A program made the translations under genes and the position numbers. From an uncultured Acidobacteriaceae bacterium (GTDB taxonomy: Bacteria; Acidobacteriota; Terriglobia; Terriglobales; Acidobacteriaceae), in contig CAWCAZ010000022.1 of the NCBI GenBank assembly GCA_963793525.1, positions 65,291 through 129,290 of the forward strand: 64,000 nt of DNA. Reading direction: 5' to 3'. The notes under the pieces are model-generated. The model made no database searches and was not told where the DNA came from. It saw only the letters and a program-made list of their open reading frames with translations. Numbering within the stretch: position 1 is the stretch's first letter; the number at the start of each line of letters is the position of its first letter. This document shows positions 43,833 through 54,143 of this stretch, piece by piece.

Positions 43833-46440
43833 TTGCAACATCTGCTCGATAAATTAAACCCGCAGCAACGCGCCGCTGTCGAAGCCGTCGATGGTCCTTT
43901 GCTTATTCTTGCTGGGGCGGGATCCGGCAAGACAGGGGTGATCACTCACCGCATCGCGTATCTCATCCAGGTGAGGAATGTAGCGCCCGATGCCATCCTG
44001 GCGGTCACGTTTACCAACAAGGCCGCGGCCGAGATGGCGGAGCGGGTCGACAAACTGCTCGAACATCGCTCGCTGGCGAAACCTCTGCTGGCCACCTTCC
44101 ACTCCTTTTGCGTGCGCGTTTTACGCCGCGACATCGAAGCGCTGCGCATCGGCGATGAGGGGCTTACCCGCAACTTCGTGATCTACGACGAAGCCGACCA
44201 GCAGGCCATCGTCAAGCAGGCGATGCGGCGTATGGGGCTGGACACCAAGCAGTTGACGCCGCGTACGGTTCTCTCCCGTATCTCCTATGCGAAGAACCAT
44301 ATGCTCGACCCGCAGGAGATTTACTTGCAGTCCACCGATCCGGTGAGCGAACGGATCGCGCACATCTACGAGATTTACCGCAAGGAACTGCGCAAGGCGA
44401 ATGCGCTCGACTTCGACGACCTGCTGCTCGAGGCGGTGCGCCTGCTGCGCTCCTCCGCCGAAGTGCGGGAACGCTACAACCGGCGCTATCGCTACCTGTT
44501 GATCGACGAGTACCAGGACACCAACCGGCCGCAATACGAGCTGATGAAGCTGCTGGCCGGCCCCGAGCACAATGTTTGTGTCGTCGGTGATGAAGACCAG
44601 AGCATTTATTCGTGGCGCGGGGCGGATATCCGCAACATCCTGGATTTCGAGAAAGACTTCCCGGAAGCCAAGACCATTCGCTTGGAGCAGAATTATCGCT
44701 CCACGCAGGTGATTCTTGAGGGAGCCTCCGCAGTCGTGGCCCGCAACCTGCAGCGGAAAGGGAAGAATCTCTGGACCTCGCGTGAGGGCGGAGCAATGAT
44801 CGGCTATTACGAAGCGCCTGACGGGGAAAACGAAGCGCTCTTTATCGCCGATTACATCAAGAAGTACTTGCGTCGTCGCGGGCCAGGAGCAGGAGCGGCC
44901 CCGGGTCGCGGTCCTCTACCGCACTAACTCACAGTCCCGGCTGGTGGAAGAAGCGCTGCGCCGCTATGGAATCGCCTACACCATGGTGGGCGGCTTCTCT
45001 TTCTACGACCGTTCCGAGATCAAAGATCTGCTGAGCTATCTCAAGCTGGTGCAGAATCCGGATGATTCGATTGCCCTGGCGCGCATCATCAACACCCCGC
45101 CGCGCGGTATCGGCAAGACCACACTGGAAGTGCTGGAGCGGCTAAGCCTCGAGACCGGCATCAGCACCTGGGGAGCGATCCGGCGCGCACTGCAGGAGCA
45201 CCTCTTGCCGCAACGCGCGCTGATGGCGTTGGACACATTCCGCCGCTTGATACTAGATGCCCGCGCCCTGCTCGAGCCCGGCTTCGCCGAAAAACTGGCG
45301 CAAGACATTCTCCCTGTGCCGGAGTCGCAGGAGTCAGCTGTCCCCGATGTCGAGGGGGCAGATTCGGGAGACTGGGAAGACGTCCGCTTCGACTTCGGCG
45401 ATCTCGATCCCGAACCGGATCCGGAAGAACAGGCAGTGCCTCTGCAGGCGGATTTGCATCCCGTCCCCGCGGCGGATTCGCCTGCCTATGAGGGATTCCG
45501 CAAGCCCGGGGACGCGGCGACGCTTCCGGAATTGATTCGCTTTCTCATCGACCGCACGGGCTACATTCGCTCGCTCGAGGATGAAGGGACACCCGAAGCC
45601 ATCTCCCGCATTGAAAACTTGAAGGAACTCGCCAACGCGGCCCAGGATGCGCAGCAGCGCGGGGAGACGCTGTCCGAATTCCTCGACCACGCCGCTCTGG
45701 TCAGTGACACCGACCGTTACAATCCCGAAAGCCGCGTCACCCTGATGAGCCTGCATTCGGCCAAGGGCCTGGAGTTTCCGCTGGTGTTGCTGGCGGGAAT
45801 GGAAGAAGGCCTCTTTCCCCATTCGCGGACTCTCAATCAACCCAACGAACTCGAAGAGGAGCGGCGGCTCTGCTACGTGGGCATGACCCGGGCCATGGAT
45901 GCCCTGGTGATGACCCGTGCTCGCTATCGTCGCAGATACGGCAACGATATGCCGGAATCCAGCATTCCCTCGCGCTTTCTCGAAGAGATTCCGCCCCATC
46001 TGCTGGAAGACCTGACCCGCGGCCAGCGCGCCTCGATCGGCGGCGCTTACGGTTCACGATACGGTTCGAAGCGCGGTGGCGATGAGTGGGAGTCGTCCAG
46101 CGGCCACTACAGTTACGAAGACGAGGACCAGCGTCCGCGAACGGTTTCCCGAACTGCATCGCCCGCCAACCGGCCGCAAGCGGGGCCGGGTTCGTTGGAT
46201 AACATCGCCCAGTTCTTCTCTTCGCGCAAGGCGACTGGGAGCAGGCCGAAGCTGGAAATCCCCGTCTCTACTGGAGCGACTGGATTCCGCAGCGGCCAGC
46301 GCGTTCGTCATCCCAAATATGGAGAGGGCGTGGTCTTCCGCCGCGAGGGAGACGGTGACGATGCGAAGATTACGGTACAATTTGCAGAATTCGGCGTGAA
46401 GAAGCTAGTGGAAAAGTTTGCTCAGCTGGAAAAAGTGTAG
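43833..46440 (+). CDS. UvrD/PcrA-type superfamily-1 DNA helicase; one frameshift
   Basis: LNPQQRAAVE...GPLLILAGAGSGKTGVITHRIAYL, FTNKAAAEM, LIDEYQDTN, RLEQNYRST, ..VTLMSLHSAKGLEFP.V.L and CYVGMTRA. C-terminal region ..GQRVRHPKYGEGVV.. Pieces 43833..44927 and 44944..46440 join with a shift at about 44868-44884. Confidence 0.92.
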
Positions 46441-46452
46441 ACAAGGAAAATA

Positions 46453-46608
46453 ATGGCCAATACCAAAAAAGTAGAAGATAAGTTGGAACGCAAGAAGATC
46501 AAGCGCACTGCGCGCAAGAAAGCCGCACCCAAGGGCGCGCGCACTGTACCCCGAGGTTCCAACAAGAAGAAGACCAAGAAGCTCTCGAGAGGTCAAAGCA
46601 AGCGCTAG
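46453..46608 (+). CDS. Small, extremely basic protein (51 aa; MANTKKVEDKLERKKIKRTARKKAAPKGARTVPRGSNKKKTKKLSRGQSKR)
   Basis: Below the ORF-track length cutoff, so I translated it by hand. AAGGA lies upstream of the ATG at 46453 and the stop is TAG at 46606-46608. It lies 13 nt after the helicase stop. About 45% of residues are Lys or Arg. Confidence 0.5.
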   Translation: MANTKKVEDKLERKKIKRTARKKAAPKGARTVPRGSNKKKTKKLSRGQSKR

Positions 46609-46668
46609 GGTGATAGCTGAAGAGGCCCTAACCTGTACAGATTAGCGTCAGTAGTTAGGGCTTTCATA

Positions 46669-46873
46669 CTTTGTGTCAGGGCACGACTTTAGTCGGGCCG
46701 ATGAACTCCGCTAAATTTGGGCTTTAGCCCCTGGTTTTTTCTTACATCCTGGCGGCACGGCTGAGAAGTATCACGGATTAGGATTTGGTGCTGGATGCGC
46801 CGTTAGCAGGGGCTAAAGCCCAATTCTCTCTCAATCCGTTACCGCCCGACTAAAGTCGTGCCGTAACACAAAG
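46669..46873. mobile_element. Composite MITE-like palindromic element built from nested REP modules
   Basis: Outer arms CTTTGTGTCAGGGCACGACTTTAGTCGGGC (46669-46698) and 46844-46873 match in 28 of 30 positions as reverse complements. Inner arms GGGCTTTAGCCCCTG (46719-46733) and CAGGGGCTAAAGCCC (46807-46821) are a perfect match. A further GCCCTAAC/GTTAGGGC hairpin is at 46625-46662. Confidence 0.75.
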
Positions 46874-46977
46874 CATTAAGGCCCTGACGATCGAAACTGT
46901 TGAACGGGTCAATTGGGGCTACTTTCCCTGCGGGACTTTCTGCTGATGGCGATGAGGGTTGCGGTCGGGCTGGGTGT

Positions 46978-48549
46978 GTGGCAAAAGGAGCCGAGACGCT
47001 GCGAAAGCAACTGTTCGCAACCAAATCGATCGACAAGCTGATCAGCGACTCGGAACTTCCCGAGCACTGTCTGCAGAAAACGCTCGGCCCCTGGTCGCTT
47101 ACCGCACTCGGCATCGGCGCGGTGATCGGTTCGGGAATCTTCACCGTGGTCGGCACGGCCATCGCGGGCGAGAAGTTCGATACTTCCTCAATTCTGAACA
47201 CCCCGTTACTCGACTACCTGGTCAATCACCACGCCTTGTCCGGCCGCCCGGGAGCAGGACCGGCGCTGGCCTTTTCCATCGTGCTGGTGGCCATCGTCTG
47301 CGCTTTCACCGGGCTGTGCTATGCCGAACTGGCGTCGATGATTCCTATCGCCGGCAGCGCCTACACCTACACCTACGCGACCATGGGAGAACTGGTCGCC
47401 TGGATCATCGGTTGGGATCTCATTCTGGAATACGCCGTCAGCAACATGGCAGTGTGCGTAGGCTTCGCCGCCCACATCGTCGACTTCATGGATTGGTTCG
47501 GCCTGCACCCCACCGCGCGCTGGATCTCTCCCGCCTTCCTACCCTCGGGCCTCACCGACTTGCAGGGCAATACGATCTACCAACCCGGCTGGCATCTAGG
47601 TTTCAATATGCCGGCTTTTCTGATCGTGCTGATTCTGACCATCGTGCTGGTGCGCGGTATCCGGGAATCCGCAGGCACAAACAATGTCATGGTGCTGCTC
47701 AAGATCTCCGCCATCCTGGTCTTCATCATTGCCGGGTCGCGCTTCATCCATCCCGCCCACTGGCATCCGTTTTTTCCCAACGGCTGGTCTGGCGTCCTCA
47801 CCGGCGGCAGCATCATTTTCTTCACCTACATCGGCTTTGATTCAGTCTCGACTGCTGCGGAAGAGTGTCATCGGCCGCAGCGTGACGTCCCCATCGGCAT
47901 ACTGGCTACCCTGGTCGTCTGTACCGTGCTCTACATCAGCGTCGCAGTGGTGCTCACCGGCCTGGTTCCCTGGCAGACCCTGGTGGATGATGCTGCGCCG
48001 GTGGTCAACACCCTGAAGAAACTTAACCATGCGACGGGTTCGGAGACTCTCAACTGGGTCCGCCTGATCGTTCTTTGCGGTGCGATGATGGGCATGATCT
48101 CCTCCATCCTGGTCTTCCAACTCGGCCAGGCAAGAGTCTGGTTTGCTATGTCGCGCGACCGGCTGTTTCCGCGCTGGTTCGGCAAGGTGCATCCGCGGTA
48201 TCGCACTCCGGCCGTAGCCACCTGGGTCGCAGGTTTTCTGGTGGCCATTCCCAGTGGGCTGCTGGACATCGGTACCCTGGCTGACCTGTCGAATATCGGA
48301 ACCCTCTTCGCCTTTGTGCTGGTATCGATCGGGGTGCTGATCCTGCGCTATCGCGAACCCGAGAGGCGTCGTGGCTTCCGCGCTCCCGGCGGAATCTCCG
48401 TACCCATCCTGAGCATTTTCTTTTGCGTGCTGCTCATGTCCGGGCTGCCGGTCATCACCTGGCTGCGCTTTTTCGGCTGGCTGGCCATAGGCTTGGGCAT
48501 CTACTTTCTCTACAGCCGCAAGCACAGCGAATTCTCCTCTCTCTCATGA
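46978..48549 (+). CDS. APC-superfamily amino-acid permease (cationic amino-acid transporter-like)
   Basis: ..LGPWSLTALGIGAVIGSGIFTVVGTA.., ..GLCYAELASMIPIAGSAYTYTY.. and 12 or more TM segments. The start is uncertain. GTG at 46978 is my choice; the ORF-track ATG at 46900 lies in repeat-derived sequence. Confidence 0.85.
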   Translation: MAKGAETLRKQLFATKSIDKLISDSELPEHCLQKTLGPWSLTALGIGAVIGSGIFTVVGTAIAGEKFDTSSILNTPLLDYLVNHHALSGRPGAGPALAFSIVLVAIVCAFTGLCYAELASMIPIAGSAYTYTYATMGELVAWIIGWDLILEYAVSNMAVCVGFAAHIVDFMDWFGLHPTARWISPAFLPSGLTDLQGNTIYQPGWHLGFNMPAFLIVLILTIVLVRGIRESAGTNNVMVLLKISAILVFIIAGSRFIHPAHWHPFFPNGWSGVLTGGSIIFFTYIGFDSVSTAAEECHRPQRDVPIGILATLVVCTVLYISVAVVLTGLVPWQTLVDDAAPVVNTLKKLNHATGSETLNWVRLIVLCGAMMGMISSILVFQLGQARVWFAMSRDRLFPRWFGKVHPRYRTPAVATWVAGFLVAIPSGLLDIGTLADLSNIGTLFAFVLVSIGVLILRYREPERRRGFRAPGGISVPILSIFFCVLLMSGLPVITWLRFFGWLAIGLGIYFLYSRKHSEFSSLS

Positions 48550-49574
48550 GTCGCCCTGCCGCCCAACGCCGGATCGCGGCCGCCTGGTTGCGGTCGCTCC
48601 CCAAAACGGAACTCCATGTTCACCTTGAGGGCACGGTTACCCCGGAAACGCTGGTCGAACTGAGCCAGCGGCACGATGATCAGGGCATGACGCTGGAGGC
48701 AGCGAGGTCCCTTTACCACTACACCGACTTCACCGGCTTCCTATTGGCGTTCAAGGCGGTGAGTGAACGGCTGCGCAGTCCGGAAGATTACGAACTGATC
48801 ACCTATCGCATGCTGCAGCGTCTGGCGGGTCAGGGAGTGGTGCATGTCGAGGCCTACGTCTCCGTGGGCGTTGTGTACTACTGGAGGCGGATCGAGTTCG
48901 AACCTCTCTTTTATGGGATGGAAGCGGCGCGAGTGCGCGCCGAGCAGGAATTCGGGATCACGCTCTATTGGATCTTCGATGCCGTCCGCCACTTTGGCCC
49001 GGAGGAAGCGGCGCGGGTTTTTCGTAAGGCTGCGGAACTGCGACCGGAGTGGCCGAGCATCGTGGGTATTGGGATAGGAGGCGACGAACGCCGGACCGGG
49101 GCTGAGCCCTTCCGCGAGCTCTATCAGGAGGCGAAGGACGCCGGTCTTCGGTTGACCGCCCATGCCGGCGAAACCATGGGACCTGAGAGCATTTGGGCAG
49201 CGCTGAACATCGGCGCGGAGCGCATCGGCCATGCCCTGTCTGCCCAACTGGATCCGGATCTCATGGAGGTGCTTGCGGAACGCCAAGTCCCACTCGAAAT
49301 TTGCGTGACATCCAATTTGCGCACAGGCTGTTGCCCCAGCCTGGAGGAGCACCCGGTACGCCGTTATTTCGATGCCGGCCTCATGGTTACTCTCAATTCC
49401 GACGACCCGGCGATGTTCGAAAGCGATCTCCAGGGCGAATATCGCCTGGCCCATGACGCGTTTGGCTTTACCCCCGAGCACCTTCGTGAATTGGCGGCTA
49501 ATTCTGTGGAAGCCAGCTTCCTTCCGGCGCCACGAAAGGTCCAATTACTGCATCAAATTGAGCAGGTGAAATAG
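48546..49574 (+). CDS. add: Adenosine deaminase
   Basis: LPKTELHVHLEG, HAGE (LTAHAGET), ..ERIGHA.. and NSDDPAMF. The start overlaps the permease stop (ATGA at 48546-48549). Confidence 0.9.
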   Translation: MSRPAAQRRIAAAWLRSLPKTELHVHLEGTVTPETLVELSQRHDDQGMTLEAARSLYHYTDFTGFLLAFKAVSERLRSPEDYELITYRMLQRLAGQGVVHVEAYVSVGVVYYWRRIEFEPLFYGMEAARVRAEQEFGITLYWIFDAVRHFGPEEAARVFRKAAELRPEWPSIVGIGIGGDERRTGAEPFRELYQEAKDAGLRLTAHAGETMGPESIWAALNIGAERIGHALSAQLDPDLMEVLAERQVPLEICVTSNLRTGCCPSLEEHPVRRYFDAGLMVTLNSDDPAMFESDLQGEYRLAHDAFGFTPEHLRELAANSVEASFLPAPRKVQLLHQIEQVK

Positions 49575-49724
49575 CCCTTTGGTGTCCACCGCCGTAACTA
49601 CGTGATTGTCACCAAGCTGCGCTATCATTTTGGCATGATGTACATGGATAGTAACGATCTCAGGGCTCAGGGTTCCGGCGAAATAATGCCGGCAATCTCG
49701 CCTACCCAGGAAGAAGGGTCTGCT

Positions 49725-49892
49725 ATGGCGATTGTTGGCTGGACTTCCGTTGCTGTTGGTATTGCTGCTGTGGGTCTCTATGTTGGCCGCGAGTTGCGTG
49801 CGCGTTATAAATTCAATCACCGCACGCAGTACGATTTTTTCTCGCATGCCGGGGATAGTGTCTGCTCAGCCGATTACGGCACCGGCATTTAA
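49725..49892 (+). CDS. Possible small single-TM protein (55 aa)
   Basis: MAIVGWTSVAVGIAAVGLYVGRELRARY.. is preceded by GGAAGAAGGG. No family recognised. Confidence 0.3.
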   Translation: MAIVGWTSVAVGIAAVGLYVGRELRARYKFNHRTQYDFFSHAGDSVCSADYGTGI

Positions 49893-49986
49893 TACCTCAT
49901 CCCCCGACGAACTCCGATCGTCATCACGACGACCCCGCTCGGCTGCGCCACGGTGTAGGCGCGCGCCCGTGGAAAAACTGTCCCTA

Positions 49987-50215
49987 CGAAGGGCACGGGT
50001 TTAGCCGTGCCGAAAATGCCATATGCAGGATTCGGCTTTAGCCGCTGGGGTACGCCTTTCGAGGGCCCCCAAGATGAATTATCGGTATTGACGCCGAAAC
50101 ACCGACAATACGGCGGTCAGGATTCAACACTGAACCGATGAAAAAAACGTACCTCAGGAGCTAAAGTCCTCACCAGTCTTGGCCCGGTATGGCACGGCTA
50201 AACCCGTGCCCTTCG
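49987..50215. mobile_element. Composite MITE-like element with perfect 25-bp terminal inverted repeats
   Basis: CGAAGGGCACGGGTTTAGCCGTGCC (49987-50011) is the exact reverse complement of 50191-50215. The 179-bp core contains GGCTTTAGCCGCTGGGG and an imperfect inverted partner. Confidence 0.75.
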
Positions 50216-50525
50216 TTGAGCGTGTCTTCCGTAGCTTCTGAACCCGTTTCCTTCGTTGAGCGAGTTTTGCCGCAACCTAAGGCGACTCGTCCTTTGCATT
50301 GTTTGCAAAGGGTCGGGATAGGCAATCGTTGGTAAGGAATCCTCGGGTTTAAGAGTTACCCAGCGCTATATACTGCGACTATTCCCGCGATCGAGTCATT
50401 CTTCACGTCAGGAGTGGGTTCCTTGCGGAACTGGGGCTGCTGAGTCATGCGAGAACAAGGAGGAGATCCTCCCGGGCAAGATGCCTCAAAACCGGGCAAC
50501 GGGGGTGTGCGTGCCCCGGTGAAGG

Positions 50526-53500
50526 GTGAAAGCTCGTCCGCTAACGTTCGTCTTCCCAGCGATGCTGAGACTATCTTTGGCGCTCCCGCCCAATGTGGTG
50601 GTTCCCAGTGACAGCCCCACCGTAGTTGGCACCTCCTTTCCGCATACCATGGCAGGCGATTTCAGCGAAGCCGGACAACACGTCCTGGCCTCCGGCCACT
50701 TGCTGGCCCAACGCTACGAGATTTTGAGCCTGCTGGGCGAAGGCGGCATGGGCGCCGTTTACAAGGCGAAGGATGTTGAGCTCAGCCGTCTAGTCGCGCT
50801 TAAGGTGATACGTCCGGATCTGGCTCGCAACCGCGCCATTCTTGACCGATTCAAGCAGGAACTGATCCTCGCCACCCAGGTCACCGACCGCAACGTGGTC
50901 CGTATCTACGACCTGGGTGAAGCCGAGGGCATAAAGTTCATCACCATGGAGTATGTCGAAGGCGAGGATCTCGCCCACATCCTCCACCAACGGACCAAGC
51001 TCCCGCCTCATGAAGCAGTCATCGTTATTGAGCAGGTATGCCGGGCGCTAGCCGCCGCACACAACGTTGGCGTCATCCACCGCGACCTCAAGCCGCAGAA
51101 CATCATGTGGGAAAAGACCGGCCGCATCCTGGTTATGGATTTTGGCCTGGCCAAAACGCTGGAAGGCGACCGCATGACCCAGACCGGCGCCATGGTCGGC
51201 ACCATGGAATATATGTCGCCCGAGCAGGCGCTGGCGCAAAACCTGGATCAACGCTCCGATATCTTTTCTCTGGGCCTCATCTTTTACGAGTTGCTGACGG
51301 GGCAAACGCCCTTCCGTGCCGACAGCGCGCTCGCCAGCCTGATCAAACGTACCCAGGAGCGTGTCGTTCCCGTCTCGGAATTCGACAGCAGCGTCCCTCC
51401 TGAGCTGAGCCAGATCGTAAGCCGGTGCCTGGAGCGCGATGTCACACTGAGATACCAGTCCGCGGCGGAGCTGCTGGCAGACCTTGAGCTCTGGCAGGGC
51501 ACCGGTAAATCCGGCATTATCGCCGCCCGCCTTAAGCCCGGTCCCGGCAGATGGGCGGCAGAGAACCAACGGTTGCTTGCCGGCGCAGCTGTCCTGCTGG
51601 TGCTTCTCGTCGCAGTGATCGGGTACTTCCTTACCCGGCCCAAGACCGCGGCCCTTCCTGAAGCCAAGCAGGAGGCGCCGGCTGTCCGCCCGAGATCGCT
51701 GGCGATCTTGCCCTTCCGCAACTCCTCCGGCGATGCCAAGGACGATTGGATCGGCTCCAGCGTAGCCGATATGCTCAGCACCGACATCGGTCAGTCAGCC
51801 CACCTGCACCCCGTCTCTACGGATCGGCTCCATCAGGTGCTTTCCGATCTTCATGTCGGCCCGGAAACCGCGGTGGATCCGGATATGCTGCGCCGCGTGG
51901 CCCAATTCAGCAATGCCGACGTTCTGGTTTCAGGCCAATATGCACGCTTCGGCGATCAGATCGTCATGGATGCGACCATACGCGACCTGGTGCATGACCA
52001 GACCATCCCCGTCAAAGCGCAAGCGCTGGTAAAAGATTTGCCTGCGGCCATCGACAGCCTGGCCGACTCCGTGCGCAAGAACCTTTCTCTCTCCGCCAGT
52101 GTGGTCGAGGAATTGAAGGCCCAGTCGTTCAAGCCCAATTCGAAATCCGTCGATGCACTGCGCGAATTCAATGAAGGATCCGTGCTGATGCGCGCGGGCA
52201 AAAACCTGGATGCTTTAAAACACCTGCAGCAGGCGACGAATGAGGATCCCGATTTTGCGCTGGCATTCTCCATGCTTGCCGATGCCCAGGCCGCACTTGG
52301 ATTTCAAAATGACGCCGAGCAATCGTCCATCCGCGCCCTCAATCTCGCGCAGAATCAAAACCTGCCGCTGCCGGAGAAATACCTGATTAGCGCCAGCAAT
52401 GCGCGCGTCATGAAAGACAACAAGAAGGCGATCGAGGCTTACGAGAATCTCTCCAAAAGCTTACCCGGCGATGTCGATGTTCAGTACGAGCTAGGCGTCC
52501 TCTACCTGCAAAGCGGGGAGTACGAAAAGGCGCGCGCTACTTTTGCCAAAGTCCTGCAGTCCGATCCCAAAAACATCAGGGCGCTGTGGCAGACGGGGGT
52601 CGTTGATAACCTCACCGGCAATCCTCAGGCGGCACTGGACGCACTGACCCAGGGCCTCACGCTTACGATTCAGTTCGACAACCCGGAGCAGAGGGCCCTG
52701 ATTCTGCTTTCCATGGGGAATTCGTACCGCCGGCTTAACAAGCCGGACGAAGCGCTGCACAACTATGAGGAATCCATTGCGATCAACCAGAAGATCGGTC
52801 AAAAGTGGGGCATCTCCGCTGCCCTGAATGAGATGGCTGATGTGCAGGCGACGAGAGGCAAACCGGAGGCTGCGCTGGCCAGTTATAACAAGTCGCTGGT
52901 GCTGTTGCGCGAAATCGGCATGAAGGGTGGTGTCGCCGACACCCTCACCGATATGGGCACGATCTACCACGACCTGGGCAAATTCGATCAGGCGCTCGAT
53001 GTCTACAAGCAAGCCTTACAGATCCAGCGAGAGACCGGCGACCAGGGTTACGAGGCGCAATGCCTCAACAATATCGCCAACGTGTATTTGACCATCGGGG
53101 ACAACGACAACGCCTTTACCTATTACCAGCAGTCTTTGCAGTTGCGAGAAAAGCTGGGTGTGCCGGGCGATCTTGCACGATACGCTTGAGGGCCTGAGCG
53201 AAGCCTATACGGTGACGGGACAGTACGAGCAGGCAATGACAGGGTTGATGCGGGCGCTGGAACTCGGGCGCAAAGCCGGGGATGCGCACATTGTTGCCTG
53301 GTCTCTCGCCAGATCGGCCTGGTCTTTGAATACCAGGGCAGGTTTGGCGCAGCGGTGAAGTCGATGCAGGATGCAGTGAAGAGTTTTCGCCAGCAAGGGG
53401 AGAACGGGCTTGATATGGCGGAATTTCTGAACGACCTCTCCGGGGCTCTGGCTCGCGCAGGAAGGAGCGATGAGGCTGCGGCACCGCTCGAGGAAGCGCA

Positions 53501-54082
53501 AAAAATTCAGCAGGCTCTGAAAAACGATGCTTTACAAGCGGAAATTTTGAATCACGCGAGGCGACCTGGCTTTTTACCGCGGCGACGTCAAAAGCGCCGC
53601 CCCATTTTATGAATCAGCGTCTCCGGCTCGCATCCCGGACCAAATACAACGAAGTGCTGCTGCAATCGAAGGTGAACGTGGCCAGGGTCGCGGTTTCTCA
53701 GGGCCGTTTCCAGGAAGCGTCACGCGCGTTGCAAGCCCTTCTTAATGCCAAAGGCTCGGTCGCCGCACACCTGTCGTTGGAGATGAATCTAGAGCTGGCG
53801 AGGCAGAGATAGGCCTCAAGGATTACACCCGCGCCAATCACGATCTGCAGCAGGAGCTACCCGGCGCGCAGCGTGCAGGAGTGCGTTTCGGCTTGGCCAG
53901 AATCTACTACTTGCTGGGAACGTCAGCACGACTGAGCGGGAGTGCCGGGATCGCGGCTGACTATTACCGTGAGGCAGCCCGGCTGCTGGACGTGAATTCG
54001 TTCCGATGCGGGCGCGGAAAACATCATGCGCCGCACCGATTTCAAGACCATGTATGACGAATCCAACCGCTGGAAAAAATAA
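50526..54082 (+). CDS. Ser/Thr protein kinase with one TM segment and a long TPR-repeat C-terminal region; at least five to six frameshifts in the last 900 nt
   Basis: Kinase motifs GEGGMGAVYKA, HRDLKPQNIM, DFGLAK and MSPEQ. A TM segment lies around LLAGAAVLLVLLVAVIGYFL, followed by many TPR-like repeats. The reading frame must be changed at about 53175, 53320, 53560, 53620, 53810 and 53990 to reach the stop at 54080-54082. The start is uncertain: 50526 GTG, 50649 ATG, or 50447 ATG with another shift. Confidence 0.85.
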
Positions 54083-54086
54083 CTGA

Positions 54087-54127
54087 GGGTTCTCATCATT
54101 CGCGGTTTCTGCGAAGGATGAGAACCC
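54087..54127. terminator. Bidirectional terminator hairpin between the kinase and the secreted-protein gene
   Basis: 11-bp stem GGGTTCTCATC / GATGAGAACCC, extended by TTCGC/GCGAA around a 7-nt loop. A-rich on the 5' side and T-rich on the 3' side. Confidence 0.65.
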
Positions 54128-54143
54128 TGTTTGTGCTCATTCT

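Noticed and set aside
41862-46440. Anti-phage defence island (dCTP deaminase, LOG-like protein and UvrD-like helicase).
   Set aside because: The helicase has the full housekeeping PcrA/UvrD motif set and C-terminal tail. The deaminase is the common long Dcd form, without the kinase-like N-domain of defensive dCTP deaminases. The genes are not co-oriented, and they are flanked by ordinary metabolic genes with no nucleases or sensors.
53158-54082. Treating the small ORFs 53158..53358, 53355..53612 and 53609..53812 as separate TPR proteins.
   Set aside because: They continue the TPR repeat register of the kinase C-terminus end to end, with overlaps of only a few bases, and they lack their own ribosome-binding sites. 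This fits frameshift fragments of one gene.
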